DNA of 64,000 bases. Source: Microgenomates group bacterium. Its GTDB lineage: Bacteria > Patescibacteriota > Microgenomatia > UBA12405. A program made the translations under genes and the position numbers. The number at the start of each line of letters is the position of its first letter. Within the stretch, counting starts at the first letter, position 1. This document shows, one piece after another, positions 1 through 8,758 of the stretch. A model generated the notes under the pieces. It was not told the DNA's origin and made no database searches. It was given only the letters and a program-made list of their open reading frames with translations. The DNA lies in the NCBI GenBank assembly GCA_049303675.1, contig JBAQNJ010000001.1, forward strand, positions 199,494 to 263,493. The letters are read 5' to 3'.

Positions 1-282
1 GAAAGGATCAAGCAAAGACGACACTGACATGTAGACAGTGTTTAGCAAACTTGCCTCCCACAAACTTAGTCCCAAACTTTGCAAAAACAATATGTAGGAC
101 GCAAAAAACCACGCCGAGCCAATATTTTCCAATACCTTGGCCCACACAAACACCTTTCCAATTTTACTTTTCATTTTTTTCTCCTTTTTATGTTTTTAAT
201 GTGCCCAACTCCACAGCCTCCCAGTGCTATTGAGTTGGACAAACTCCGAAAAAGAGTAAATATTCTATTTTTAATCATAAAA

Positions 283-312
283 AAAAGCCCCCTTTCGGAG
301 GCTTATCTAACT
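283..312 (-). terminator. Hairpin (AAGCC..GGCTT core) preceded on + strand by an A8 run. On the minus strand this reads as a stem-loop followed by a T-run, so it looks like a rho-independent terminator downstream of the nuclease gene.
   Basis: Seen directly: aaaaaaaagccccctttcggaggcttatct. Stem pairing checked by eye. Confidence 0.4.
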
Positions 313-483
313 TAATATTACCCAACTTTAGACAGTTTCTCCTTTAATCATTTTTGGTTTGGTATTGGCCAAGCCAAACTGGACGTCCATTTGGACATCC
401 ATAGATTCAAGATTAGAAAACTGTCTACAATAACTCATACATTCAATATTAACACATTATAGGACTAAAACACAACTGCCAAA

Positions 484-1084
484 TTAAAACAAGTTATATT
501 TTAATCTGCCTCTCTTGCTATACACCATTGGTATGGCCATTTTATTATTCACCATTTCCTTATTTACTAGCTGCCCATTTTTGCATCCCTCGGGTTTATT
601 TTCAATAAATTCTCTCGACTCATTCCCACTTAAATGCATATAGTCGGCTGGCTTAAATTTTACCTCATTCGTTTCACAACCTACCCACACCCACGCCAAT
701 ATTCTTCCATATTTATCGTCCTGCCTTGCCCGCCATAGCTTTAGCGTCGGCGGGATATCTATCATATTCCAGCCATATTTGATCGTTTTCTATTATCTCC
801 TTCAATTTAGTCTTTGCCTCCATTTCTCCTGTTTTTCCTCTGTTTGGCGCATCCACCCCCAACAATCTTACAGTTTGTCCTGTTTGTAGTTTAAAAGTGT
901 CTCCGTCTTCAAATGTTTCTACTATCCCTATCCTCGGGAAAACATTTTCATCCGCATAGTAGTTATTTATTTTGTTTATCTTGCCCACACCGTACACAGT
1001 CGCAAAAATTATTCCAGGTATCAGTACCGCCGGCACCCCCTTTCTCGCCCAAGCTTTATAGTTATTGCCCGCTTCTTTTGTCAC
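484..1084 (-). pseudogene. Staphylococcal-nuclease (thermonuclease, SNase) family gene split into two overlapping ORFs (713..1084 and 484..765) by a frameshift within about 713-765.
   Basis: ORF1 contains GDTFKL...TVRLLGVDAPN and ORF2 contains QDDKYGRILAWVWV, which together reproduce the SNase core (TVRLLLVDTPE...DKYGRGLAYIY). The two halves are in different frames. ORF1 has an N-terminal TM anchor. Confidence 0.55.
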
Positions 1085-1111
1085 TAATTAAATTTATCAC
1101 AAGGCCATCGT

Positions 1112-1375
1112 CTAATTTCTCTTCGGCATTAGTTCTTCGCCAGTTTTACTCCTCACTCTTGTTTCCAAGACTCTTCGTGAACCATCGCTAATATCAGGTT
1201 TTCTTCTTTCCATATGTTCATACGCCTTTTCACCGTATGCCCTTTCCTCTATTCTCGCAAGCAACACTTTTACCTCACCCGACGATAATTTAACTATATT
1301 TCCCCCTCGATGTTGTTCAGCGTTTTCCACTGTATCAACCAACAAGTCTGTCTTTGGGAAATAGTATAGCTTCAT
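1112..1375 (-). CDS. hypothetical protein (87 aa)
   Basis: ORF only. No recognisable motif. Confidence 0.35.
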   Translation of the reverse strand: MKLYYFPKTDLLVDTVENAEQHRGGNIVKLSSGEVKVLLARIEERAYGEKAYEHMERRKPDISDGSRRVLETRVRSKTGEELMPKRN

Positions 1376-1413
1376 ATAACTGACGCCGAGTATACCACAA
1401 AGGCCCGCTCTTT

Positions 1414-2223
1414 CTACAATGCCGCATCGACCGCCGATTTCATATCAGTGTAGCTATAGGCACCAGCAAAATTCTGAGTGTTTACAAAGAAGCTCGGTGT
1501 TCCATTGAACCCGAATTTCTGAGCAGTCGCCATGTCAGTAGCTAGCCTGTCCTCATATCTACCACTATCAAGACACTCTTTCATAAACTTAGCATCTACT
1601 GCCGACTTCAGGAACTCAGCCACTTTATCAGATTGGGTTTTGTCGTTTTTCACCGTTGTGTTCATCAACTCATATCCAGCCTCATTCATTAGTAAATCAT
1701 GTACCTGCCAGAATTTACCCTTCTCTTGGGCACAATAAAATGCCTTGGTGCCCATTTCCCCATTGCCATGTCCATTAGCATAAATCCACACAAATGACGC
1801 TTTCTTTTTATCTACTAGTTTTTTCATTTCCGCTACCGGTGCTACATATGCCCCACCATCCGCCTTTAGGATAAACTGACTCCCCATTTGTTTATTCAGA
1901 GCCCCATTTTTACCGGCGGCTACATGACAAAATGGGCAGGAAGGATCAGAAAATTCCACAAACACTAGTTTTTTGTTTTTATCTCCAAAGGTTATATTTT
2001 TACCATCAAACAATTCTTTTAACTGGTCTTGGGTCACCATAGTTGCCTGTGGTTGAGCCGCCTGTTGTGCCGGTTGTGCTGCTTGTGGTTGAGCAGTTCC
2101 AGCCGATTTTTCCAAGCTGTTTACTTTTCCATATAGGTATCCACTTGTTCCTACCATCACCATCATCAATAGTCCGACAAACATTGCTGCACTCTGGGAT
2201 ATCTCAATTTTTTTATTTTCCAT
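1414..2223 (-). CDS. DsbA-family thiol:disulfide oxidoreductase, membrane-anchored, with a Q/A/P-rich linker
   Basis: N-terminal TM helix, then a PQAAQPAQQAAQPQA linker, then a thioredoxin-fold CxxC motif (FVEFSDPSCPFCH). Confidence 0.8.
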   Translation of the reverse strand: MENKKIEISQSAAMFVGLLMMVMVGTSGYLYGKVNSLEKSAGTAQPQAAQPAQQAAQPQATMVTQDQLKELFDGKNITFGDKNKKLVFVEFSDPSCPFCHVAAGKNGALNKQMGSQFILKADGGAYVAPVAEMKKLVDKKKASFVWIYANGHGNGEMGTKAFYCAQEKGKFWQVHDLLMNEAGYELMNTTVKNDKTQSDKVAEFLKSAVDAKFMKECLDSGRYEDRLATDMATAQKFGFNGTPSFFVNTQNFAGAYSYTDMKSAVDAAL

Positions 2224-2296
2224 ATTAACTAATGTACCTAGTTACTGCTTTTCTGTCAACTATCACTTACTACAGCTGTAGTTATTTAGTTATTTT

Positions 2297-2824
2297 TTGT
2301 TACAATATTTTATGAATGTATTTGTATTTCTTTTAGTTCTAGTTTCTAGTTTCTCGTTTCCAGTTTCTGTCTCTGCCCAGTGTCCCATTTGTATTGTCAC
2401 TGTTGGGGGAGGCATGCTTATTGCCAAAAAGTTGGGAATAGATGATTTCTTAGTTAGTATTTGGATTAGTGCTCTCAACACCGCCATTGCTTTTTATCTT
2501 GCCGACAAAATGAAGATTAAAAATCATTGGTTGAAAATTTTTAAGAACCCTTGGTTTTTGTCTTTTGTTTTTTTACTTTTGACTTTAATTTATTTTGTCA
2601 CTTCTGGCCAAACTGGCCATGTAGCCAACAAGTTGCTAGGTCTCGACAAAGTTATCTTTGGCCAAACTCTGGGTATGATAGTCATGTTTATTGGCAACTT
2701 TATTTATGGCTATACTAAGTATAAAAATGACGGCAAAGCCCTCTTCCCTTATTCCAAGGTCGTCTTCCCTGTTGGTCTAGTTTTGATTATTACCCTAGCT
2801 TTTAAGTTAGGTTTTCATTTGTAA
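2297..2824 (+). CDS. Small polytopic membrane protein with an N-terminal CPIC (CxxC) motif. It sits next to, and divergent from, the DsbA gene.
   Basis: About 4 predicted TM segments. Its only cysteines are C29 and C32. The N-terminal coding region overlaps a dispersed CAGTTTC-type repeat, so the true start may be downstream (for example MLIAKK). Confidence 0.45.
   Translation: MLQYFMNVFVFLLVLVSSFSFPVSVSAQCPICIVTVGGGMLIAKKLGIDDFLVSIWISALNTAIAFYLADKMKIKNHWLKIFKNPWFLSFVFLLLTLIYFVTSGQTGHVANKLLGLDKVIFGQTLGMIVMFIGNFIYGYTKYKNDGKALFPYSKVVFPVGLVLIITLAFKLGFHL
2331..2372 (+). repeat. CAGTTTC-type degenerate tandem heptamer block (copy A)
   Basis: tagttctagtttctagtttctcgtttccagtttctgtctctg. Confidence 0.5.
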
Positions 2825-2853
2825 ATAAAAATACGATTATTGTAGGAACAGAC

Positions 2854-3048
2854 CTATGTGTCTGTTCCTTTATTAATCATTTTATTTTTCATTTTTTCAA
2901 TATCAATTTCCTTTTTTAATTTTTCCGGCAATATACCTCTCTTAAGCAACGTCCTTCTAGTGGCCACACTATTTTCATACACTTCTTGATTTAGTTTTGG
3001 TTTCCCCATCAGATTTTTTTCTTTTATATTATGATCCGTCATAACCAA
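2854..3048 (-). CDS. hypothetical small protein (64 aa)
   Basis: ORF only. Confidence 0.3.
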   Translation of the reverse strand: MVMTDHNIKEKNLMGKPKLNQEVYENSVATRRTLLKRGILPEKLKKEIDIEKMKNKMINKGTDT

Positions 3049-3106
3049 TTATTATCAAATTCAAATTTTAAGCTTAAAATTTCCCTTTCATTAAAAATTT
3101 TAAATT

Positions 3107-3625
3107 TTAAATTAAAAATTGGAAAATATGTTTATCCTTGAATTCAGCAAAATCACGCGATTGTTTGATCCCTCGTTTATAGACAGTTGACTCTATTTTT
3201 CTCTCAGTCTCTTTCAGTCTTTCTCTGGCCTCAATTCTTTTTATTACCTTTTCTTTTTCCTGCATTATTTCCTGTCGTCTAGTCTGGGTAGCAAAATATG
3301 TCTGTGCCCTAGCAATTTCAGGCTTACGGCTATCTCCATTTTGGGCAATCAAATAACACGCATATCGAGTTAGCAAATAATCATCGATATTTCTTTTGGC
3401 TGTACTTCCAGTAATTACCATTTTGTCGGCGTCCACAAAATGGTCTGTAATATCATAATCACTTGCTGCGCATGCAGCTTTGGCTTTTTTTATCACTTCA
3501 AAAAACGTCCTCCACTCCACATATCCCAACACTTTCATCAAATCTCTCGCCGACCAGTATTCTAAGGTGTCTTTAACTTTTTTAATTGCTTCAAGATCTT
3601 TGTTTATCACCACTTCTTTATTCAT
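3107..3625 (-). CDS. dinD: DNA-damage-inducible protein D (DinD)-like protein
   Basis: YWSARDLMKVLGYVEWRTFFEVIKKAKAAC...DHFVD...RYACYLIAQNGD...AQTYFATQTRRQE matches the E. coli DinD pattern (FWSARELAPLLGY..W.NF..V...A..AC / RYACYLVVQNGDP / GQTYFAIQTRRQE). Confidence 0.7.
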   Translation of the reverse strand: MNKEVVINKDLEAIKKVKDTLEYWSARDLMKVLGYVEWRTFFEVIKKAKAACAASDYDITDHFVDADKMVITGSTAKRNIDDYLLTRYACYLIAQNGDSRKPEIARAQTYFATQTRRQEIMQEKEKVIKRIEARERLKETERKIESTVYKRGIKQSRDFAEFKDKHIFQFLI

Positions 3626-3667
3626 AAAATATAATAAACCGAATATTACCCGAATGTCAATATACTA

Positions 3668-4060
3668 TTGTATTTAAATATCTCTAGTGTTAAATTTCCT
3701 CAAATGGCAAAAAACGAGACAAAAAGTAAAGGTAGGGTATTAACTGTTTTGGATTTGCAGTCAGGTGCCCGCGAACACAATTTAAAACCAGAAGATGTCA
3801 CCAAAACTTATGAAACAGTTCCTTTTTTCCCAAGGTTTAATGGTCGCGCTTTACCCCACCTCAGAGTCGCAATAACCGAAGTTAAAGAACAATTAACAGT
3901 AGCCCAGATTGGAAAAATAGTCGCTACCACCATAAATTTACGTCCAAAAATTGGCTCAGACAAAATTTCAACTCTAGAATCAATTGCACTCGAAGTTCAA
4001 AACTTGATGGCGGAAAGGCATCTCGCTATAGCCAACGTTCAGTTGAGAAAAACAAAATAA
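3668..4060 (+). CDS. hypothetical protein (likely start at MAKNETK, about 3704)
   Basis: ORF only. Confidence 0.4.
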   Translation: MYLNISSVKFPQMAKNETKSKGRVLTVLDLQSGAREHNLKPEDVTKTYETVPFFPRFNGRALPHLRVAITEVKEQLTVAQIGKIVATTINLRPKIGSDKISTLESIALEVQNLMAERHLAIANVQLRKTK

Positions 4061-4068
4061 ATTTATAT

Positions 4069-5244
4069 TCATTGTTCTTTTCCAATCATCCTCACCAGTC
4101 TTCCTGTCAGCCACACAGAAATTAGTCCCACAAACCATCCACAAATTAGGGCAATTCTTGGACTACTCGTATCTGCCACCCATCCCAAAAACAAAACCGA
4201 TATCCCCAAAAATATCGATCGACCTAACGAATTTAACGATCCCATCGTTGCTCTCTGTTTGTCTGTAAACTCTTTTTGGAATATTGTATTTTCCGCTACC
4301 GTGCTCGGTCCATACATTAGTGATGTTGTTGACATCAGAGCTGGCGACAATACTGTTGGCAGTCCCAACGCTACCAAATCAATTATTTTTGACGTCACTT
4401 GTTCAAACATCAATACTTTTTCCGCCGAAAATCGTTTTATTATTTTTCCACTCCATCCAAAGCCAATTGCCGCCCCGACATTGGCCAACATTCTAGCAAC
4501 TCCAATCGCCCACAATGGCCATAGTGTCGCAATAAATACCGATCTAAATTGAAACCCAGCCTCACCAATTCCAAACCCTATTATTGACGATAGACTTAGC
4601 AGTCTTATTTTTTGATTGCCCACAAAACTCCCAATCGCTTCTTTCAAGTGAAAATATATATTTCCTTCATGTTTTATTTTATTTTCAATTTCCAGAAGCC
4701 AAAAACTAGTTACGAAGCAAAGTAGTAGAGGAATTACCGATAGCCACATTACCAAGTGGAAAGAATATGCTGCAATTATTCCACCCAGTACTGCCGACAG
4801 TCCCAATGCCCATTGCTCCATTGAGCTAATTTTCCCCATATGCTTTGCCAAATCTTCTTTTTGTTCCGATTTATCCAAGCTATCATATAGCAGTGCATCA
4901 TTATTACCACTATAAAACGATCTACCCAGCCCGCCCAGTATCGCTCCCAGTACCAGCCACCAAAAATTCATACCGATTGCATAGGCAATCCCCGATAGTG
5001 TGTAGGCCAGACCTCCCATCATCGTTGTATATTTTCGTCCGATCAAATCCGAAAACATTCCGGTGGGAATCTCAAATATTGCTCCACTAATATTTGCCAC
5101 AGTAAAAATCGATAGACCCAACATATACGACCCCGATACCTTTGAAAAATAAATCGCCGCAATCGGCGACCACAAACTAAAGCCAATTAATAGCCCCTGC
5201 CAGGTCAATATTTTAATATTCCTCGAATAATCCATATCAAACAA
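4069..5244 (-). CDS. MFS transporter
   Basis: About 12 TM segments with MFS-like loops (GRKYTT, LGRSF). The likely start is MDYSRNI, which duplicates the start of the next gene. Confidence 0.75.
   Translation of the reverse strand: MFDMDYSRNIKILTWQGLLIGFSLWSPIAAIYFSKVSGSYMLGLSIFTVANISGAIFEIPTGMFSDLIGRKYTTMMGGLAYTLSGIAYAIGMNFWWLVLGAILGGLGRSFYSGNNDALLYDSLDKSEQKEDLAKHMGKISSMEQWALGLSAVLGGIIAAYSFHLVMWLSVIPLLLCFVTSFWLLEIENKIKHEGNIYFHLKEAIGSFVGNQKIRLLSLSSIIGFGIGEAGFQFRSVFIATLWPLWAIGVARMLANVGAAIGFGWSGKIIKRFSAEKVLMFEQVTSKIIDLVALGLPTVLSPALMSTTSLMYGPSTVAENTIFQKEFTDKQRATMGSLNSLGRSIFLGISVLFLGWVADTSSPRIALICGWFVGLISVWLTGRLVRMIGKEQ
5218..5241. repeat. 24-nt exact direct repeat, copy 1 (ttaatattcctcgaataatccata)
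   Basis: It is identical to 5710..5733. It encodes the MDYSRNI N-terminus on the minus strand. Confidence 0.7.
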
Positions 5245-5731
5245 GTTTAAACGATTTTATTAATCTCTTCACATCACTCGGACTAATTTGGCTACAAATT
5301 TGTCGATATTTTATAAATGTATCGATACCTATTCCAGTTTGGCCTTTTAATGTAAACAAAGTAATGTGAGTTGGTGGGTATCTAAAATGATAACTCAACC
5401 TTTTATTGATTCCAGAAATTAACCATTTTAAACCTGAAAATCCAACTCTGACCACTATCGTTTTTTGATCATTTTCTGCTGCCAGCTTAAATGTATTTGT
5501 TGTCTTTCCAAGTTTAAGACTACATTTTTGTGCAAAATTTAGAATTTTTATTTGATCTTTTTTGGGTACATTCTCCAGACACAACAGACTTACGTGATAG
5601 TTACTTTTTGAATAAAACATATCACCTCCAACTGCAATTTTAGGAACAATATTCAAGTTAATGGGAAACATCAAATAGTCATATTTCAAATAGACACCAA
5701 TGTTATCGTTAATATTCCTCGAATAATCCAT
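5237..5731 (-). CDS. 2H phosphoesterase (LigT/ThpR-like RNA 2',3'-cyclic phosphodiesterase) family protein
   Basis: Two H-x-[ST]-x motifs (YHVSLL and PTHITLFTL) at the spacing typical of the 2H family. The size (164 aa) fits. Confidence 0.5.
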   Translation of the reverse strand: MDYSRNINDNIGVYLKYDYLMFPINLNIVPKIAVGGDMFYSKSNYHVSLLCLENVPKKDQIKILNFAQKCSLKLGKTTNTFKLAAENDQKTIVVRVGFSGLKWLISGINKRLSYHFRYPPTHITLFTLKGQTGIGIDTFIKYRQICSQISPSDVKRLIKSFKLV

Positions 5732-5733
5732 AA
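5710..5733. repeat. 24-nt exact direct repeat, copy 2
   Basis: Identical to 5218..5241. Confidence 0.7.
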
Positions 5734-5806
5734 AAGAATGATATCAAATGTATTTTAAAGTGATTCTCCCTTTTTCAAGGGGAGATGTCCGTAGGACAGA
5801 GGGGTT

Positions 5807-6373
5807 TTGATGTTAAAATACTTTATGAATCCTGATAAAAAACTCGCCGAATTTATGTCCAAGGTCAAAAATGCCGAAGCAGGCCACGAAATGGATTTAG
5901 CCTCGGGTGAAGACCTCTCTATGGCCGTCATGAATCTTATTGCCATCGAAGAACACATGTTTTTCAACGCCAACAAAACTGGCAAAGTCAAATATTTTGA
6001 ACTTTTGGCTGAAGCCAGAGAAATGCGCAAAGTCCTCATGAAAATGCTTATTCCCAAATACGAAGGCGAGGTCTGGTGCACCAGCAAACATTTACTCGCC
6101 GCCAGTATGCGAGTCATGGAAGTGGGGACCAAGTATCAGACCAAAGGTGATACCAAAACTGCCTATGATTTATTTAAAAAGTCTTATGATCTCTACAATC
6201 TTTTTTGGGCCATCAATCTCGGCATGACCGACAAGGAAAGCCCCCTTTCCTCAAAGGGGGTGTCAGCTTTAGCTGACGGGGGATTTGATAAACCAATCGA
6301 ACTCAAAAAATCCGACATTCTCGGTAAATTCAGTAGTGCCATTGGCAAAATCCTCGACTGTTGTCGTGAATAG
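5807..6373 (+). CDS. hypothetical protein (188 aa)
   Basis: ORF only. Confidence 0.45.
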   Translation: MMLKYFMNPDKKLAEFMSKVKNAEAGHEMDLASGEDLSMAVMNLIAIEEHMFFNANKTGKVKYFELLAEAREMRKVLMKMLIPKYEGEVWCTSKHLLAASMRVMEVGTKYQTKGDTKTAYDLFKKSYDLYNLFWAINLGMTDKESPLSSKGVSALADGGFDKPIELKKSDILGKFSSAIGKILDCCRE

Positions 6374-6375
6374 CT

Positions 6376-6609
6376 CTAGTTTTCTTTAGTTACTTCACTC
6401 ACACCCTCTTTTGTTACCACGTACAAGACAACTTTTGGACCTTTTTTTAATCCCAATTTTGTTACCAAATTTGCTTTAGGGTCACCTGTGGCAAACCCAA
6501 TACCCAATTGCGGCTCCAGAGAAACCCTCCCAATTATTGGGAGTTGTCCACTGATTGCCAGTTGAGTCAGGTTGTTTGGGTATAAAAAATCGCTTCTTCT
6601 GTCTACCAT
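6376..6609 (-). CDS. hypothetical protein (77 aa)
   Basis: ORF only. Confidence 0.3.
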   Translation of the reverse strand: MVDRRSDFLYPNNLTQLAISGQLPIIGRVSLEPQLGIGFATGDPKANLVTKLGLKKGPKVVLYVVTKEGVSEVTKEN

Positions 6610-6639
6610 AAAATATTATTTCAGCTATCCAACCCTAAA

Positions 6640-8418
6640 TTATATACCTTCTAGCTCATTTTGCCAAGTCCGAATCAATTCAAACCCATCTTTCCAAAAC
6701 TTTTCATCCCCCATATCTACTCCCACTTTTTTGAGTACCTCATCCGGTGCCATCGATCCGCCAGCCGCCAGTACTTCTTCAATTTTTGTGACAAACTTTT
6801 TACCTTCTTTTTTATAGCGTGAGTAGAGGGATAGTGACAGCAATTCTCCAAAATTGTAGGCATAACAATAAAAAGGGGATTCAAAAAAATGGCTCACATA
6901 CAGCCATTCATATTTAAATATCGGATCAATTTTCATTGATGTTCCAAATTGTTCTTTTAGATTTTTGAGGTATGCCTCACTCAGGTCTTTAGCAGTTGTG
7001 CCTTTACTAATCATTTCATGCGCCTGCTTTTCAAACATTACAAAATAGCTTTGCCGCAGAATTGTGGCATACGACTCGCCAATTTTTTCCGCCAGCATTT
7101 CCTTTCTTGCTTTTTTATCTTTTTCCTCTCGCAGCATTTTTTCAAACAATATTAGTTCCCCCAGTGTCGAGGCAGTTTCCGATAGCGGTAGATTGGCGTG
7201 CTGCGGTCCAGCATAATGATGGTTCGCATACAGGCTGTGCACCGCATGGCCTAGTTCATGGGCCAGTGTCGACACATCTCGGCTGGTTCCAGTATAATTT
7301 AATAGTACGTATGGAGTATATTTTGGCCCAACCGTGGCACAAAACGCCCCACTTCTTTTATTGGGAGTCGGGTGTGAATCTATATGTTTTTCCTCCATTA
7401 CTTTTTTTGCCTCCGCCGCAAATCTAGTTGAAAAAGTCGCAAACGCCTCCAATACCATTTTTTTGGCTTCATTAAACTTTATAACTTTATGAACTTTATT
7501 AACTTTCAAACTTACTGGCGCATATAAATCAAATCTACTCAATTTCTTCACTCTAAGTAATTTTGCCTTGTATTCAAAATATCTCCAAAATACTTTTCTT
7601 TCTTCTTTGCAGACTCGCAGTAGTGTCTCAATAGCTTCATCGGGTACATGATTCCCAAAATTACGCACCTCAATTGGGCTCTGGTAGCCTCTAAATTTAG
7701 CTTCAAACGCCCAGTCCTTGACTACCGCCTGATAAATTACCAAAAATTTATCAATATTTTCCTTATGTTTATTTAGTAACGATCTATATGCCCCTTCTCT
7801 TAGCTTCGGACTCTTGTCATGGACATATTTTAGTAGTTCAGCTTGGCTTTTGATTTTTTTCTTACCCAGTTGATACACAAAATCAGCTTCAATCAGGCCT
7901 CTTAGGTCGCTTATCGCCCCGCCACCATTGATATCTTTATTGTCAATTATTTCTTCTTCCCGTTGGCTGAGGGTATATTTGGCCGCCATCCGTCCATAAT
8001 TCATTCCGTATTCTAGGTCGGGGATTGCTTTAAATAGTCGCTTGGCATTATCATCACCCAGAGTTTCCTTGCCTTCCACTGGTAGTCCCTTTAGCCAATG
8101 GCCAATCTTGCGGCTAGTTTGGTTAAATTTTAGGGCTAGGTCCGTTGCTTTTGAGTTCATTAGTCGGGCAGTAGCGTCTTTTTGGTTTACGCAGTCCATT
8201 AGTGAGGGGAGGTACATGAGACAGGAGAACTTTTCGTCTAGGGTTTCGTCATATTCCATAAATTCAGCGAACTCTTTTACACTCATGGTCGGGCTAAGTC
8301 TAGTCCACCATTTTTCTACCATGGCGATATTTCCATCCAATTCAGTGAGCATTTTATCAAAATCTTCCACTCTGCCCAGTTCCCTCAAATCCCATTTTTC
8401 TGCTTCATTTTTGGCCAT
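6640..8418 (-). CDS. pepF: oligoendopeptidase F (M3B zinc metallopeptidase)
   Basis: HELGH zinc motif (TLAHELGHAVHS). The length (592 aa) and overall pattern match PepF. Confidence 0.9.
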   Translation of the reverse strand: MAKNEAEKWDLRELGRVEDFDKMLTELDGNIAMVEKWWTRLSPTMSVKEFAEFMEYDETLDEKFSCLMYLPSLMDCVNQKDATARLMNSKATDLALKFNQTSRKIGHWLKGLPVEGKETLGDDNAKRLFKAIPDLEYGMNYGRMAAKYTLSQREEEIIDNKDINGGGAISDLRGLIEADFVYQLGKKKIKSQAELLKYVHDKSPKLREGAYRSLLNKHKENIDKFLVIYQAVVKDWAFEAKFRGYQSPIEVRNFGNHVPDEAIETLLRVCKEERKVFWRYFEYKAKLLRVKKLSRFDLYAPVSLKVNKVHKVIKFNEAKKMVLEAFATFSTRFAAEAKKVMEEKHIDSHPTPNKRSGAFCATVGPKYTPYVLLNYTGTSRDVSTLAHELGHAVHSLYANHHYAGPQHANLPLSETASTLGELILFEKMLREEKDKKARKEMLAEKIGESYATILRQSYFVMFEKQAHEMISKGTTAKDLSEAYLKNLKEQFGTSMKIDPIFKYEWLYVSHFFESPFYCYAYNFGELLSLSLYSRYKKEGKKFVTKIEEVLAAGGSMAPDEVLKKVGVDMGDEKFWKDGFELIRTWQNELEGI

Positions 8419-8463
8419 GCACTATTGTATCTCAACCACTGTCAATTTAGTTACCCCATAATA

Positions 8464-8492
8464 TTGACTTTTGACCTAAATTATCCTATAAT
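8464..8492 (+). promoter_or_regulatory. sigma70-like promoter (TTGACT, 17 nt spacer, TATAAT) about 270 nt upstream of the lipoprotein gene
   Basis: Seen directly: TTGACTtttgacctaaattatccTATAAT. This implies a long 5' UTR. Confidence 0.45.
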
Positions 8493-8758
8493 GGTCGCCA
8501 GAGTAAATACACACAAAAGACACACAATCGCTGTGAGTTGTTTTGGATATTTACAGTTCTTTAACAATTCAAGAGTATATAAAAAAGCCAAAAGCTGTGG
8601 TGCACTTAGGATTGAACCTGCTTTAGTTCATTTCTGTGCGCACTACAGCTTTATTTTGTAGGCACCCACCCCAACCCAGACCAAGGAGGTCAATCTAGTA
8701 AAAATGTAATAAAAAATTATTTAAAACGTCGTCAAAATAATATTCACAGGAGATAAAA

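Noticed and set aside
5755-6132. 125-aa minus-strand ORF
   Set aside because: It is antisense and fully inside ORF 5807..6373 with no motif. Only one of the pair is likely real, and the + strand ORF was kept on the basis of length.
7062-8461. ORFs 7062..7427 and 8042..8461 (+ strand)
   Set aside because: They are antisense within pepF. They are low-complexity shadow ORFs.
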